A DNA stretch of 64,000 nucleotides, from contig JAZDQA010000013.1 of assembly GCA_043797085.1 (NCBI GenBank), positions 1 through 64,000 on the forward strand, given 5' to 3'. The notes beneath the pieces are model-generated. The model saw only the letters and a list, made by a program, of their open reading frames with translations. It had not been told where the DNA came from and searched no databases. Source of the stretch: Pseudomonadota bacterium (lineage in GTDB: Bacteria; Campylobacterota; Campylobacteria; Campylobacterales; Sulfurimonadaceae). Of this stretch, positions 17,799-27,375 are shown in pieces. A program made the position numbers and the translations under genes. Every line of letters begins with the position of its first letter. Position 1 is the stretch's first letter.

Positions 17799-19319
17799 TT
17801 ACCACATCGCTCTTTTCTTATGCGTTTGTGGTTTTTTAGACACGTTTTTACTTTTTGCTTTAAAGAGTACCGGCGTCCCCTCGAAATCAAACTGCTCTCG
17901 CATCTGATTCGTCAAATAACGGCGATAACTAAAGTGTAACCCTTGAGGCTTGTTCATAATCAATGCAATACGCGGAGGACGAATATCGTACTGTGTTGCG
18001 AAATACAAACGGATATTCATACCGTTGATACTTGGCAAGATATGCTTACGCATTGCTGCTTGGATTACCTCATTGAGCTTGCTCGTCGAAATACGCTGCG
18101 AGTAGTTTTCATTAATTTTGAGCAACATATCGAAAATTCGGTGTACACGCTGTTTGCTTTGCGCCGAAATCGTAATGATCGGAGCATAGCTCAAAAACTT
18201 AAAGCGATCTCGTACTTCAAGGATGATCTTTTCATAATCTTCTTTAGGCGCCATATCCCATTTATTTAGGACGATAAGACACGCAAGACGATTTTTATCG
18301 ACAAATCCGGCGATTTTCTCATCCAAATCCATAAACGGTTGTGACGCATCAAGAACGAGCAAAGCGATATCGGCATTTTCTAGCATCTCTTCGGTACGCA
18401 TAAGTGCGTATTTTTCAATTCCTAAAATCTTGCCGCGCTTACGAATTCCTGCAGTATCGATAAAAGTGATTTTTTTATCTTGATACTCAACCTCTTCATC
18501 GATAGGGTCAATCGTTGTCCCCGCTACCGAACTTACAACGGAACGCTCTTCACCCAAAAGCGCATTAAGAAGTGAACTCTTTCCGACGTTAACACGACCG
18601 ATGATAGCCACTTTCATTTTATCAGCATTGCCAGGTTCATACTCTTTTACAAGCCCCTTGAACGCCTCTTCCATCTCTGCAAGATCACCGCTTACCTCTC
18701 CATCGTCATCTTCGTCGTCCATATCATCGTCATCTGACTCTTCGTCATACGATTCGACAAACGAATCAAAACCATCCATTTGATCGTCGTCTCCCTCTTC
18801 ACCCGCTTCAGGTTCTGGCTGAACGATTGCGGATTCAGGAAGTACCGAAGCCACCCAATTTAACAAAGGTAAAATGGAACGGTTATGCGAAACAGAAATA
18901 CCGAAAATATTATTCGTACCAAACTCATAATATTCCCACAGCTTCTCTTGCATCTTGTCATTGTCAATTTTATTGACGACTAAAGCAATCGATTTTCCCA
19001 TCGCTTCAAGCTCATAAAAGAGTTTTTTATCATCCTCTTCAGGCAAACTTTTACCGTCCACCATAAAGAGGATAATGTCCGCTTTATGTGCTGCTTCGAG
19101 CGATTTTTCTTTGATTCGGTCGAAAAGTTCGCACCCCTCGTCCAATCCGCCTGTGTCGAGAATTTCGACTTGTTTATCGACGACTACGGCGACACGTTTT
19201 TTGACATCTCGCGTTGTACCTGCTTGTTCAGAGGTAATCGCGTCACGCTGTTTCAGTAAACGGTTAAACAAAGAACTTTTGCCAACGTTTGGTTTACCGA
19301 TAATGGCTAATTTTTGCAT
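17799..19319 (-). CDS. der: Ribosome biogenesis GTPase Der (EngA)
   Basis: Two GTPase domains (GKPNVGKS, GRVNVGKS) and a KH-like C-terminus. Confidence 0.97.
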   Translation of the reverse strand: MQKLAIIGKPNVGKSSLFNRLLKQRDAITSEQAGTTRDVKKRVAVVVDKQVEILDTGGLDEGCELFDRIKEKSLEAAHKADIILFMVDGKSLPEEDDKKLFYELEAMGKSIALVVNKIDNDKMQEKLWEYYEFGTNNIFGISVSHNRSILPLLNWVASVLPESAIVQPEPEAGEEGDDDQMDGFDSFVESYDEESDDDDMDDEDDDGEVSGDLAEMEEAFKGLVKEYEPGNADKMKVAIIGRVNVGKSSLLNALLGEERSVVSSVAGTTIDPIDEEVEYQDKKITFIDTAGIRKRGKILGIEKYALMRTEEMLENADIALLVLDASQPFMDLDEKIAGFVDKNRLACLIVLNKWDMAPKEDYEKIILEVRDRFKFLSYAPIITISAQSKQRVHRIFDMLLKINENYSQRISTSKLNEVIQAAMRKHILPSINGMNIRLYFATQYDIRPPRIALIMNKPQGLHFSYRRYLTNQMREQFDFEGTPVLFKAKSKNVSKKPQTHKKRAMW

Positions 19320-19381
19320 TAATTGCCTTTTTAAATAAGTGTTTCATTATAGCGTAAATGCACTTAGGGTATGATTTTGAG

Positions 19382-19837
19382 ATGACATACTATGATTTTA
19401 ACCAATTTAAAACTGATGTTCCTCGTCTTGGGTCTCTCTGTGAAACCTTTCAACCCGATACCATTTTAGCCGTTGCGCGAGGAGGAATGACTCTCGCACA
19501 TGCATTATGCATGCATTTGGATGTACGAAATCTTCAAAGTATTCGATGTGAAAGTTATGATGGAGATGAACAGCGTACAGCACTAACCATCCTAGGTGAA
19601 TCAATATTTTCACCCTCTAGACGTATTTTAATAGTTGATGATATTGTTGACAGCGGGCAAACACTTCATGCTCTTTTACCAGTTTTACAAAGAAATAATC
19701 CTGATATTGTTTTTAAGACTGCCTCACTTTTTACCAAGCCCACTGCCCTCGTCCAACCTGATTTTTTCTTACACGAAGCTACGGATTGGATCGATTTTTT
19801 TTGGGAAAGAGATTTCTTAAAAATCAATTTGGTATAA
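19382..19837 (+). CDS. Type I phosphoribosyltransferase (purine PRT-like)
   Basis: VARGG, ILIVDDIVDSGQT, WIDFFWE. Confidence 0.88.
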   Translation: MTYYDFNQFKTDVPRLGSLCETFQPDTILAVARGGMTLAHALCMHLDVRNLQSIRCESYDGDEQRTALTILGESIFSPSRRILIVDDIVDSGQTLHALLPVLQRNNPDIVFKTASLFTKPTALVQPDFFLHEATDWIDFFWERDFLKINLV

Positions 19838-19885
19838 TCCGCGTAATTAGAAAACTTTTCAATATTTTATCCACCAAGGATTGTT

Positions 19886-21043
19886 ATGCCAAAAGAGTAC
19901 ATCTTCACTTCTGAATCCGTCACCGAGGGACATCCCGATAAGATGGCAGATCAAATCAGTGATGCTATTTTAGATTACATCATCGAACATGATACCAAAG
20001 CGCGTGTGGCTTGTGAAACGCTTGTTTCCAATGGATTTTGTGTTATTGCCGGTGAGCTTAAAACAACCGCGTATGCCCCAATGCAAGAAATTGCCCGCCA
20101 AGTCGTTCGTGAAATCGGCTATACTGATGCGACTTACGGATTTGATTACCGCTCATGTGCAGTCCTCAACGGTATCGGTGAGCAATCTCCCGACATTAAC
20201 CAAGGGGTTGACCAAGCAGGCGGCGAAATCGGTGCAGGAGATCAAGGATTGATGTTTGGTTACGCATGCCGTGAAACAGAAGTCCTTATGCCATTGCCTA
20301 TCCACCTATCACACCGTCTTGCAGAGCGATTAGCGCAAGTGCGTAAAGAGGGTATTATCCCTTACCTTCGTCCCGATGGAAAGACCCAAGTGAGTATCAA
20401 ATACGTCGATGACAAACCCGTATCCGTTGAAACCGTAGTTGTCTCCACGCAACACGCCCCTGAAATTTCTCAAGAAAAATTGCATGCAGATGTTATCAAA
20501 GAAGTCATCGAGTACGTTATTCCTAAGGAACTAAGAGGTGAAAATATTGTTTATCACATCAATCCAACCGGTAAATTTGTTATCGGCGGTCCTCAAGGGG
20601 ATGCGGGACTTACGGGACGAAAAATCATTGTCGACACCTACGGCGGAGCATGTCCTCACGGAGGCGGAGCGTTTAGCGGTAAAGATCCAACCAAAGTGGA
20701 TCGTTCGGCTGCATACGCCGCTCGCCATGTGGCTAAAAATCTTGTTGCTTCAGGTGCGTGTGATCGCGCTACTATCCAAGTATCGTACGCAATCGGAGTA
20801 GTAAAACCCATCTCGATCATGGTTAACACTCACGGCACCGCTGTCGTTGCCGAAGAAAAAATTGAAGCGTGCGTAAACGAGCTGTTTGATCTTACCCCTC
20901 GCGGTATTATCGAATCACTTGACTTATTGCGCCCAATCTATCGCAAGACTGCTGCATATGGGCATTTTGGACGCGAACTTCCTGAATTTACCTGGGAAAA
21001 AACCGATAAAGTAGACGCCATTCGAGCCTACCTAGGACTTTAA
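19886..21043 (+). CDS. metK: S-adenosylmethionine synthetase
   Basis: [28 protein letters not shown]. Confidence 0.98.
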   Translation: MPKEYIFTSESVTEGHPDKMADQISDAILDYIIEHDTKARVACETLVSNGFCVIAGELKTTAYAPMQEIARQVVREIGYTDATYGFDYRSCAVLNGIGEQSPDINQGVDQAGGEIGAGDQGLMFGYACRETEVLMPLPIHLSHRLAERLAQVRKEGIIPYLRPDGKTQVSIKYVDDKPVSVETVVVSTQHAPEISQEKLHADVIKEVIEYVIPKELRGENIVYHINPTGKFVIGGPQGDAGLTGRKIIVDTYGGACPHGGGAFSGKDPTKVDRSAAYAARHVAKNLVASGACDRATIQVSYAIGVVKPISIMVNTHGTAVVAEEKIEACVNELFDLTPRGIIESLDLLRPIYRKTAAYGHFGRELPEFTWEKTDKVDAIRAYLGL

Positions 21044-21049
21044 TCTTTT

Positions 21050-21087
21050 CTCTTTGTCATTCCACATTTAATCGGGGATGACAAGAG
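21050..21087 (+). terminator. Hairpin after metK; ends resemble a CGTC-type REP remnant
   Basis: CTCTT-TGTCATTCC...GGGATGACA-AGAG inverted repeat just after the stop codon. Confidence 0.5.
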
Positions 21088-21187
21088 GTAACACCCGCAC
21101 TTGAAAATCCACTAAAACTTTTCTTTTTTTAGCTACCTTTAAAATTCTTCTGTTATAGTTACCCATATTTATAATTTAGGAGAACCT

Positions 21188-21472
21188 ATGGCAGTAGTTA
21201 TTAACGACACCTGTATTAACTGTGGCGCTTGTATCGACGAGTGTCCTGTAGAAGCAATCGTAGACGAGGATGATAACCCGACGGGTGAAGAAGTTTACTA
21301 CGTTTATGGCGACAAATGTGTCGAATGTGTAGGTCACCACGATGTTCCTGCATGTGCGACTGCTTGTCCGACTGAGGGTTGTATTACATGGGATGAAATT
21401 GGCGAAAGTCCAGCACACCGTGATGATATCAGCGCTGAAATGCGTTCAAGTAAAGCAAACGTCGTAGATTAA
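21188..21472 (+). CDS. fdxA: 2[4Fe-4S] ferredoxin (FdxA/YfhL type)
   Basis: CINCGACIDECP and CVECVG...ACATACP. Confidence 0.9.
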   Translation: MAVVINDTCINCGACIDECPVEAIVDEDDNPTGEEVYYVYGDKCVECVGHHDVPACATACPTEGCITWDEIGESPAHRDDISAEMRSSKANVVD

Positions 21473-21475
21473 ATC

Positions 21476-21504
21476 ATTTTTGAAGGGTAATTCCCTTCAA
21501 AAAT
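21476..21504 (+). terminator. Intrinsic terminator-like hairpin
   Basis: ATTTTTGAAGGG-taatt-CCCTTCAAAAAT perfect stem followed by T-rich sequence. Confidence 0.7.
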
Positions 21505-21596
21505 CTTTCTTTCACCTTTTTCTTCTTCTTTAATATTACTCAAATTATTATTTCGCTATAATCCCGCTCTATTATTTACATAAAACAGGAGCATTG

Positions 21597-22010
21597 ATGG
21601 AACAAACATTGTCAATCATCAAGCCTGACGCCGTAGCAAAAGGTGTCATTGGAAAAATTTTGGATCGTTTTGAGACAGATGGTCTTAAAATCGCAGCTAC
21701 CAAAAAAGTTCAGCTTAGCCGTCAAGACGCTGAAGCATTCTACGCAGTACACGCTGCTCGCCCTTTCTTCAACGACCTTGTTGATTTTATGGTAAGCGGT
21801 CCTGTTGTTATTACGGTTCTTGAAGGCGAAAACGCAGTTCTACGAAATCGTGATTTAATGGGTGCTACTAACCCTAAAGAAGCAGAAGCTGGTACTATCC
21901 GTGCTGATTTCGCTGAAAACATTGATGCAAATGCTGTTCACGGTAGTGATTCAGTTGAAAACGCTAAAAATGAAATTGCGTTTTTCTTTTCAGGACGCGA
22001 GATTTCCTAA
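21597..22010 (+). CDS. ndk: Nucleoside diphosphate kinase
   Basis: [22 protein letters not shown]. Confidence 0.98.
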   Translation: MEQTLSIIKPDAVAKGVIGKILDRFETDGLKIAATKKVQLSRQDAEAFYAVHAARPFFNDLVDFMVSGPVVITVLEGENAVLRNRDLMGATNPKEAEAGTIRADFAENIDANAVHGSDSVENAKNEIAFFFSGREIS

Positions 22011-22385
22011 GTGAATTTAATTCCATTTAAACACTTAAACTCTATCCCCTTAGAGTTTGACGTTGTCGTGGAAAATGTCTTTTTTAAAGGAACTTTAGTT
22101 CATAAAAAAGGTAAAATTGCACAGTTAAACGGTACAATAACAGGAAGCATCTCAATGCCTTGTGATTTATGCGCTGAAAACATTGAAAGAGTCCTTAATG
22201 AAGAACTATTTTTTTATCTTTCAGACGGTATCATAAGTGACAACGAAGATGAGCTTGATATTGTAGAAATCACAACACCAATGATTGACATGGAAGAGCT
22301 TTTAAGCTCTGAAGTTGAGCTCATTAAAAGCGATTATTTTTGCTGTTCGCACTGCGAAGGCAAAACAGTAGAACAAGAGTTCTAA
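22011..22385 (+). CDS. YceD/DUF177-like protein
   Basis: PCDLC and CSHC motifs; canonical position before rpmF-plsX-fabH. Confidence 0.75.
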   Translation: MNLIPFKHLNSIPLEFDVVVENVFFKGTLVHKKGKIAQLNGTITGSISMPCDLCAENIERVLNEELFFYLSDGIISDNEDELDIVEITTPMIDMEELLSSEVELIKSDYFCCSHCEGKTVEQEF

Positions 22386-22409
22386 ATTTAATATAGAAAA
22401 GGCTATAAA

Positions 22410-22559
22410 ATGGCAGTACCTAAAAGAAGAGTGAGTCATACTCGCGCAGCAAAACGCAGAACTCACTATAAAGTTTCACTTGCTCGTCCAGTTAAAGACA
22501 AAGACGGCACGTATAAATTGTCTCATTACGCTAACCCAGTTACCGGTGAGTATAAGTAA
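22410..22559 (+). CDS. rpmF: 50S ribosomal protein L32 (Cys-free type); below the ORF track cutoff
   Basis: Manual translation [57 protein letters not shown]. Confidence 0.97.
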   Translation: MAVPKRRVSHTRAAKRRTHYKVSLARPVKDKDGTYKLSHYANPVTGEYK

Positions 22560-22562
22560 TTG

Positions 22563-23552
22563 ATGATCAGAATTGCTATTGATGCAATGGGTGGGGACTT
22601 CGGTCCTGAACCAATTGTTAAAGGAACCATAGAAGCTCTTAAAGAGAAAAAGTTCGAAGCAATTTTGGTTGGCAAAAAAGATGAAATTTTGTCTTTGCTA
22701 CCCAAGGGCTATAAAGACAAGATTTTAATTATCGAAGCAAATGATGTTATCGATATGGGTGATGCAGCTACAGATGCGCTCAAGCGTCAAGACAGCTCTA
22801 TCTACAAAGCCGTAGAACTGGTTCGAAACGGTCAAGCTGACGGTGTTGTAAGTGCGGGACATAGCGGTGCAACTATGACGCTTGCTACTTTACGCCTAGG
22901 ACGGCTAAAAAATGTTTTACGTCCGGCGTTAGTGACCTCCATGCCAACAAAAAGCGGAAAACGCAGTATCTTGATGGATGCCGGAGCTAATGTTGACTGC
23001 AAGGCTGAGCACCTTTCTCAATTTGGAATTATGGGATACTATTACGCTCAAGACATGTTCAAAATAGCTAATCCGCGTGTCGGCTTGCTTGCTAACGGCG
23101 AAGAAGCTTCCAAGGGAAATGAAATCACCAAAGAAGCATTCAAATTGCTTGAAGGTCAACAAGGATTTATCGGGAATGTCGAAGGTAACAATATCTTTGA
23201 CGGCTCTTGTGATGTTATCATTTGTGATGGATTTATCGGCAATTTAGTTCTCAAAGCCTCTGAGGGTGTAGCCTCTACGATCAGCTATTTTATCAAAGAG
23301 TATATTCGCAAATCACCTATTGCAATTACCGGAGCATTGCTCATGCGTAAAGTATTTCATTTATTGAAAAAAGAGATTGATTACGCTGAAATTGGCGGAG
23401 CACCTCTCGTTGGAATTAAAGGATGTGCGATTGTAAGTCACGGCAAAAGCAATCCTAAAGCCATTAAAAATGCAATTTTCCAAGCAATTCGCTACGTCGA
23501 TACAGGTGTAAATGTACACATAGAAAATCGTCTTGAAGAACTTAAAAACTAA
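22563..23552 (+). CDS. plsX: Phosphate acyltransferase
   Basis: [33 protein letters not shown]. Confidence 0.97.
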   Translation: MIRIAIDAMGGDFGPEPIVKGTIEALKEKKFEAILVGKKDEILSLLPKGYKDKILIIEANDVIDMGDAATDALKRQDSSIYKAVELVRNGQADGVVSAGHSGATMTLATLRLGRLKNVLRPALVTSMPTKSGKRSILMDAGANVDCKAEHLSQFGIMGYYYAQDMFKIANPRVGLLANGEEASKGNEITKEAFKLLEGQQGFIGNVEGNNIFDGSCDVIICDGFIGNLVLKASEGVASTISYFIKEYIRKSPIAITGALLMRKVFHLLKKEIDYAEIGGAPLVGIKGCAIVSHGKSNPKAIKNAIFQAIRYVDTGVNVHIENRLEELKN

Positions 23553-23576
23553 ACTAGCCTGACACAAAGGTACACC

Positions 23577-24596
23577 ATGTATGCAGCCTTCCGCTCTATT
23601 GGAGCTTATGTCCCCACAAAAATTCTCTCCAATGCAGATCTTGAACGTATGGTTGATACGAGTGATGAATGGATCTTTAAGCGAACAGGAATAAAAGAAC
23701 GCCATATTGCCGCAGAATCAGAAACAACCAGTGACATGGGTGTCAATGCTGCAAAGCTTGCCATAGATCGCGCTGGTATCGATAAAAGCGAAATCGATAT
23801 GGTCATTTGTGCAACCATTTCACCTGATTATTTTTGTATGCCCTCGACAGCTACTATTATTGCCGATAAACTTGGTCTCCAAAAAGTAATGGCGTACGAT
23901 ATTTCTGCAGCATGTACCGGATTTGTTTATGCACTCAGTGTAGCTAAAGCATTTATTGAATCGGGAATGAAAAAAAATGTTCTTATTATCGGAGCTGAAA
24001 AACTTAGTGCGATAACTGATTACACCGATCGTGGAACGTGCATCCTTTTTGGTGACGGTGCAGGCGCAGCAATTATCAGTGCGACCACTACCCAATCCGA
24101 AGCAATTATTGACGTTCATACAGGATCTGATGGCGCCTATGCTGATCTATTGATGACTCCAAATGGAGGAAGCGGATCAGTTCACGATGAAGCGGATCGT
24201 GAAAAAGCAGGATGCTTTATGAAGATGAAAGGGAATGAAACGTTCAAAGTCGCGGTTCGTACTCTGACAAGCGATGTTGTAGCTATTTTAGAAGAAAATA
24301 ACATTGCCTCATCAGCTATCAAACATTTCATTCCCCATCAAGCCAATTACCGTATTATCAAAGCGGTTGGTGATGCACTAAACCTAGATGAGGCTCAAGT
24401 TGTCCTTACCGTCGAAAAATACGGTAACACCTCTGGCGCATCCATTCCAATGGCAATCAATGACATCTATGAATCAGGACGCCTACAAGAGGGTGACTTG
24501 ATGCTTCTAGACGCTTTTGGTGGTGGTTTGACATGGGGCAGTGCCCTCGTTCCTTTTGCTGGAAAAGGTACTACTATTGTAACGTCAAAGGAATAA
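23577..24596 (+). CDS. fabH: Beta-ketoacyl-ACP synthase III
   Basis: [35 protein letters not shown]. Confidence 0.97.
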   Translation: MYAAFRSIGAYVPTKILSNADLERMVDTSDEWIFKRTGIKERHIAAESETTSDMGVNAAKLAIDRAGIDKSEIDMVICATISPDYFCMPSTATIIADKLGLQKVMAYDISAACTGFVYALSVAKAFIESGMKKNVLIIGAEKLSAITDYTDRGTCILFGDGAGAAIISATTTQSEAIIDVHTGSDGAYADLLMTPNGGSGSVHDEADREKAGCFMKMKGNETFKVAVRTLTSDVVAILEENNIASSAIKHFIPHQANYRIIKAVGDALNLDEAQVVLTVEKYGNTSGASIPMAINDIYESGRLQEGDLMLLDAFGGGLTWGSALVPFAGKGTTIVTSKE

Positions 24597-24657
24597 ATCC
24601 CTTTGACTACGCTAGCCGCTTAGGCACTAAAGCTTGCCTCTTATGAGGCAGAATTTT
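24582..24657 (+). repeat. Dispersed three-hairpin REP-like element, subtype 2 (copy G)
   Basis: AC-GTCAAAGGAATAAATCCCTTTGAC-TACGCT-AGCCGCTTAGGCACTAAAGCTTGCCTCTTATGAGGCAGAATTTT; contains the fabH stop. Confidence 0.9.
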
Positions 24658-24667
24658 AGGATACACT

Positions 24668-25039
24668 ATGATTTTTTCCAATTCCCTCATTTACATCGAA
24701 CTTCACGACACTGAAATCCCTTGGCTTAAAATCTTTACCCATACACCCCACAAAGAATTTTCACAGTGTTCAAGCCCTGAAAAAGAGATGATTTGGAAGT
24801 GTTTGGATTTTATCGAAAAAGAGATGTTAGAGTATTTCAAACCGGATAAAATCAATATAGCTTCGTTTGGCAATATGCTCCCGCGAGTTCATTGGCATAT
24901 AATGGCACGTTTTAGTGATGATAGTTATTTTCCAGAACCGATGTGGGGAGTTAAACAAAGAGAGGGGTTTATATTGAAAACTCCATTGGAGCCATTTTTA
25001 AAAGAATTAAAAGAAAAGTTAGTTTTGAACTTCAGCTAA
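24668..25039 (+). CDS. HIT family protein
   Basis: KPDKINIASFGNMLPRVHWHIMAR...FPEPMWG. Confidence 0.88.
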   Translation: MIFSNSLIYIELHDTEIPWLKIFTHTPHKEFSQCSSPEKEMIWKCLDFIEKEMLEYFKPDKINIASFGNMLPRVHWHIMARFSDDSYFPEPMWGVKQREGFILKTPLEPFLKELKEKLVLNFS

Positions 25040-25041
25040 AC

Positions 25042-25109
25042 TGCCATTCCGTGCTACGACACGGAATCCATAGATTAAAAATGGATACCGTATCAAGTAC
25101 GGTATGACG
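25042..25109. repeat. CGTC-type REP dimer (paired palindromes)
   Basis: Minus strand: CGTC-ATACCGTA-cttga-TACGGTAT-CCA...TGG-ATTCCGTG-tcgtag-CACGGAAT-GGCA; between convergent genes. Confidence 0.75.
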
Positions 25110-25115
25110 AGTGAC

Positions 25116-26771
25116 TTAACTTCTTGGTCTGCTATCTGAACGATTTTGACCGCTAAAGCTGCGTGAACGATCTCCACGTTCACCGCCAGCAGAACTACGC
25201 TCTCCGCCGCCGCTAGCATTACGATCATTGTTACCACGGTATCCGCCGCCTGAAGAGCTACGCTCTCCGCCGCCGCTAGCGTTACGGTCATTATTTCCAC
25301 GGTATCCACCACCGCTGCTTCCGCCACGATTGTTGTTACCACGGTATCCGCCGCCGCTAGGACGACGATTACCGCCTCCGCTTCCGCCACGACTCTCAAG
25401 ATTACTCAAGATTTTATCCAAGCGCTCTGCTGCGATACCAATTTGATTTGGTCCTTGAACGGTATTACGCTCCATAAGAACTGAAATAAGTTTATAAGCG
25501 ATTTGTTCTTGGTCGAAATCTTGCTTGAGTGCATCTAAAACTTTATGTGCCTCATCATAAATATGTTGCTTTTCAATCTCTGCAAGAAGACGATTAACTT
25601 GAGAATTTTTAACGTCCATTTTACTTGGGATATATGCATGCTCCATAGTAGTTCCTACTTTTGCACGGATACGCTGAAGCTCTTTGAACTCAAGCGGCGT
25701 TACCAAAGTAATCGCCACACCTTTTTTACCCGCACGTCCTGTACGACCGATACGGTGAACATAACTCTCAGGATCAAAAGGAATATGATAGTTAAATACG
25801 TGAGTAATGCCATCAATATGCAAACCGCGAGCTGCTACGTCGGTTGCAATCAATACATCGAAAGCATCGGATTTAACACCCTTGATAACGCTCTCACGTT
25901 GACGCTGCTCCATATCTCCATGAAGTCCTTTAGCCGAATAACCTGCTGCTGACAATACATTTGAAAGACGATCAACTTCTTTTTTCGTACGACAGAAAAC
26001 AACGGTTTTTTTAGCATCTTCAGCATCCATCAAACGGATAATGGCATCATCACGCTCAGATTCTTCGATAACATAATACTGTTGTGTAATATCTGTATTG
26101 GTTGTTTCAGATTTTGTGATAGACGCAAAAAATGGATTTACCAAGATACGCTCTGCAAGTTGTTTGATTGGCTGCGGCATCGTTGCTGAAAACAACAATG
26201 TTTGACGCTCAGTTGGAAGATAACTGAAAATTTCATTAATATCATCCAAAAAGCCCATATCAAGCATTTCATCTGCTTCATCCAGAATAACCGTTGAAGG
26301 AGAAAAGCCTTTTAGCATATCACGGCTAAGCATATCCAATAAACGTCCTGGAGTTGCAATGATTACTTGCGCACCGCGATCGATCAAATCCAATTGACGA
26401 TTGTATGAACTGCCACCATAAATAGTAACCGTGCGAGCACCAAGATGTTTACCATATTTAAAAATCTCATCACTTACTTGGTTAGCAAGCTCACGCGTTG
26501 GAGTGATGATAAGGATTTCAATACCACCCTTTAAATGCATTTTATTAAGTGCTGGAAGTCCAAATGCTGCTGTTTTACCCGTACCGGTGTGAGCTTGACC
26601 AACAACGTCGCGCCCTTCCATAATTACAGGGATTACCATTGACTGGATTGGACTAGGATTTTTAAAACCTGCATATTCGATGCTTTGCATAATCTCTTTG
26701 CGAAGACCGAAATCAGCAAATGTTGGAAGATCTTGATCGACTACTACGAGTTCTGTTTCTACGTTATTCAT
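25116..26771 (-). CDS. DEAD-box RNA helicase (DeaD/CshA-like) with a Gly/Arg-rich tail
   Basis: GTGKT, PTRELA, DEAD, SAT, HRIGRTGRAG. Confidence 0.95.
   Translation of the reverse strand: MNNVETELVVVDQDLPTFADFGLRKEIMQSIEYAGFKNPSPIQSMVIPVIMEGRDVVGQAHTGTGKTAAFGLPALNKMHLKGGIEILIITPTRELANQVSDEIFKYGKHLGARTVTIYGGSSYNRQLDLIDRGAQVIIATPGRLLDMLSRDMLKGFSPSTVILDEADEMLDMGFLDDINEIFSYLPTERQTLLFSATMPQPIKQLAERILVNPFFASITKSETTNTDITQQYYVIEESERDDAIIRLMDAEDAKKTVVFCRTKKEVDRLSNVLSAAGYSAKGLHGDMEQRQRESVIKGVKSDAFDVLIATDVAARGLHIDGITHVFNYHIPFDPESYVHRIGRTGRAGKKGVAITLVTPLEFKELQRIRAKVGTTMEHAYIPSKMDVKNSQVNRLLAEIEKQHIYDEAHKVLDALKQDFDQEQIAYKLISVLMERNTVQGPNQIGIAAERLDKILSNLESRGGSGGGNRRPSGGGYRGNNNRGGSSGGGYRGNNDRNASGGGERSSSGGGYRGNNDRNASGGGERSSAGGERGDRSRSFSGQNRSDSRPRS
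25183..25358 (-). repeat. Coding tandem repeat with a 63 bp (21 aa) unit in the helicase tail
   Basis: CTACGCTCTCCGCCGCCGCTAGC at 25195 and 25258; GGGYRGNNDRNASGGGERSS twice plus a third GGGYRGNNNR. Confidence 0.9.
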
Positions 26772-27009
26772 ATTTCTACCTTTTGTGTGTACGCCGCGCC
26801 AACAAAAAAAGGAATCCGTTTTTCACTAAAAGCGAAAATATTTCCTAAAAAGCCCATGTTACTATGCTGTGTGACGATGACGTTAAATATTGTCCTCTTG
26901 GACGACAAATTTTCGAAAGATTGCTCTCTCTACCATGGAAGGTACCTTAGTAAAGCTTCAGTCTTATTAAAGCTTTACGAAGGCACCCAAAAATTTCGAG
27001 CGAATTATA
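26772..27009 (-). promoter_or_regulatory. Putative promoter and long structured 5' leader of the DEAD-box gene
   Basis: TATAAT on the minus strand at 27009-27004; stem of about 18 bp at 26941-26987. Confidence 0.55.
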
Positions 27010-27152
27010 ACTCACCAAAGCATAATTACTCCTGACAAACCCATTGTAATAAAAGCTAAAGTTAATCTTTAGTTTCAAATTGTTTATATTTCATTCTAAA
27101 AATTTTAAACTTTGAAGATTATACTTGCAAAAATTATTTAGGAGAATGTCTT

Positions 27153-27356
27153 ATGTTTAATGTACGTATGGAAAAAGAGTGTGGCTGTTTTAAACGAAGC
27201 GGGATGCCCTCAGTTAAAAGTTTTGATAATAAAGATGACGCATTGTCAGAAGCCGGAGAATGGGCGGAAGAGATGAATGATACTTTTTGTCACAAACACA
27301 AATTTAATGTTGTAGAAGAAGGAACCGATCTTATTATCAAAGTAGAGATGAATTAA
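27153..27356 (+). CDS. Small Cys/His-containing hypothetical protein
   Basis: AGGAG RBS, TATACT -10, ECGCFKRS...FCHKH. Confidence 0.75.
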   Translation: MFNVRMEKECGCFKRSGMPSVKSFDNKDDALSEAGEWAEEMNDTFCHKHKFNVVEEGTDLIIKVEMN

Positions 27357-27375
27357 AACTGCCGAGGCTTAAGCC

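Noticed and set aside
19838..19885. SAM riboswitch before metK
   Set aside because: The spacer is under 50 bp and contains the TATAAT-proximal leader; no room for an aptamer and no motif.
25019..25446. ORFs 25019-25399 (-) and 25228-25446 (+)
   Set aside because: Alternate-frame and antisense shadows of the GC-rich helicase tail repeat.
26685..27035. 116 aa ORF on the + strand
   Set aside because: Overlaps the helicase start and leader in antisense; no RBS or recognisable motif.
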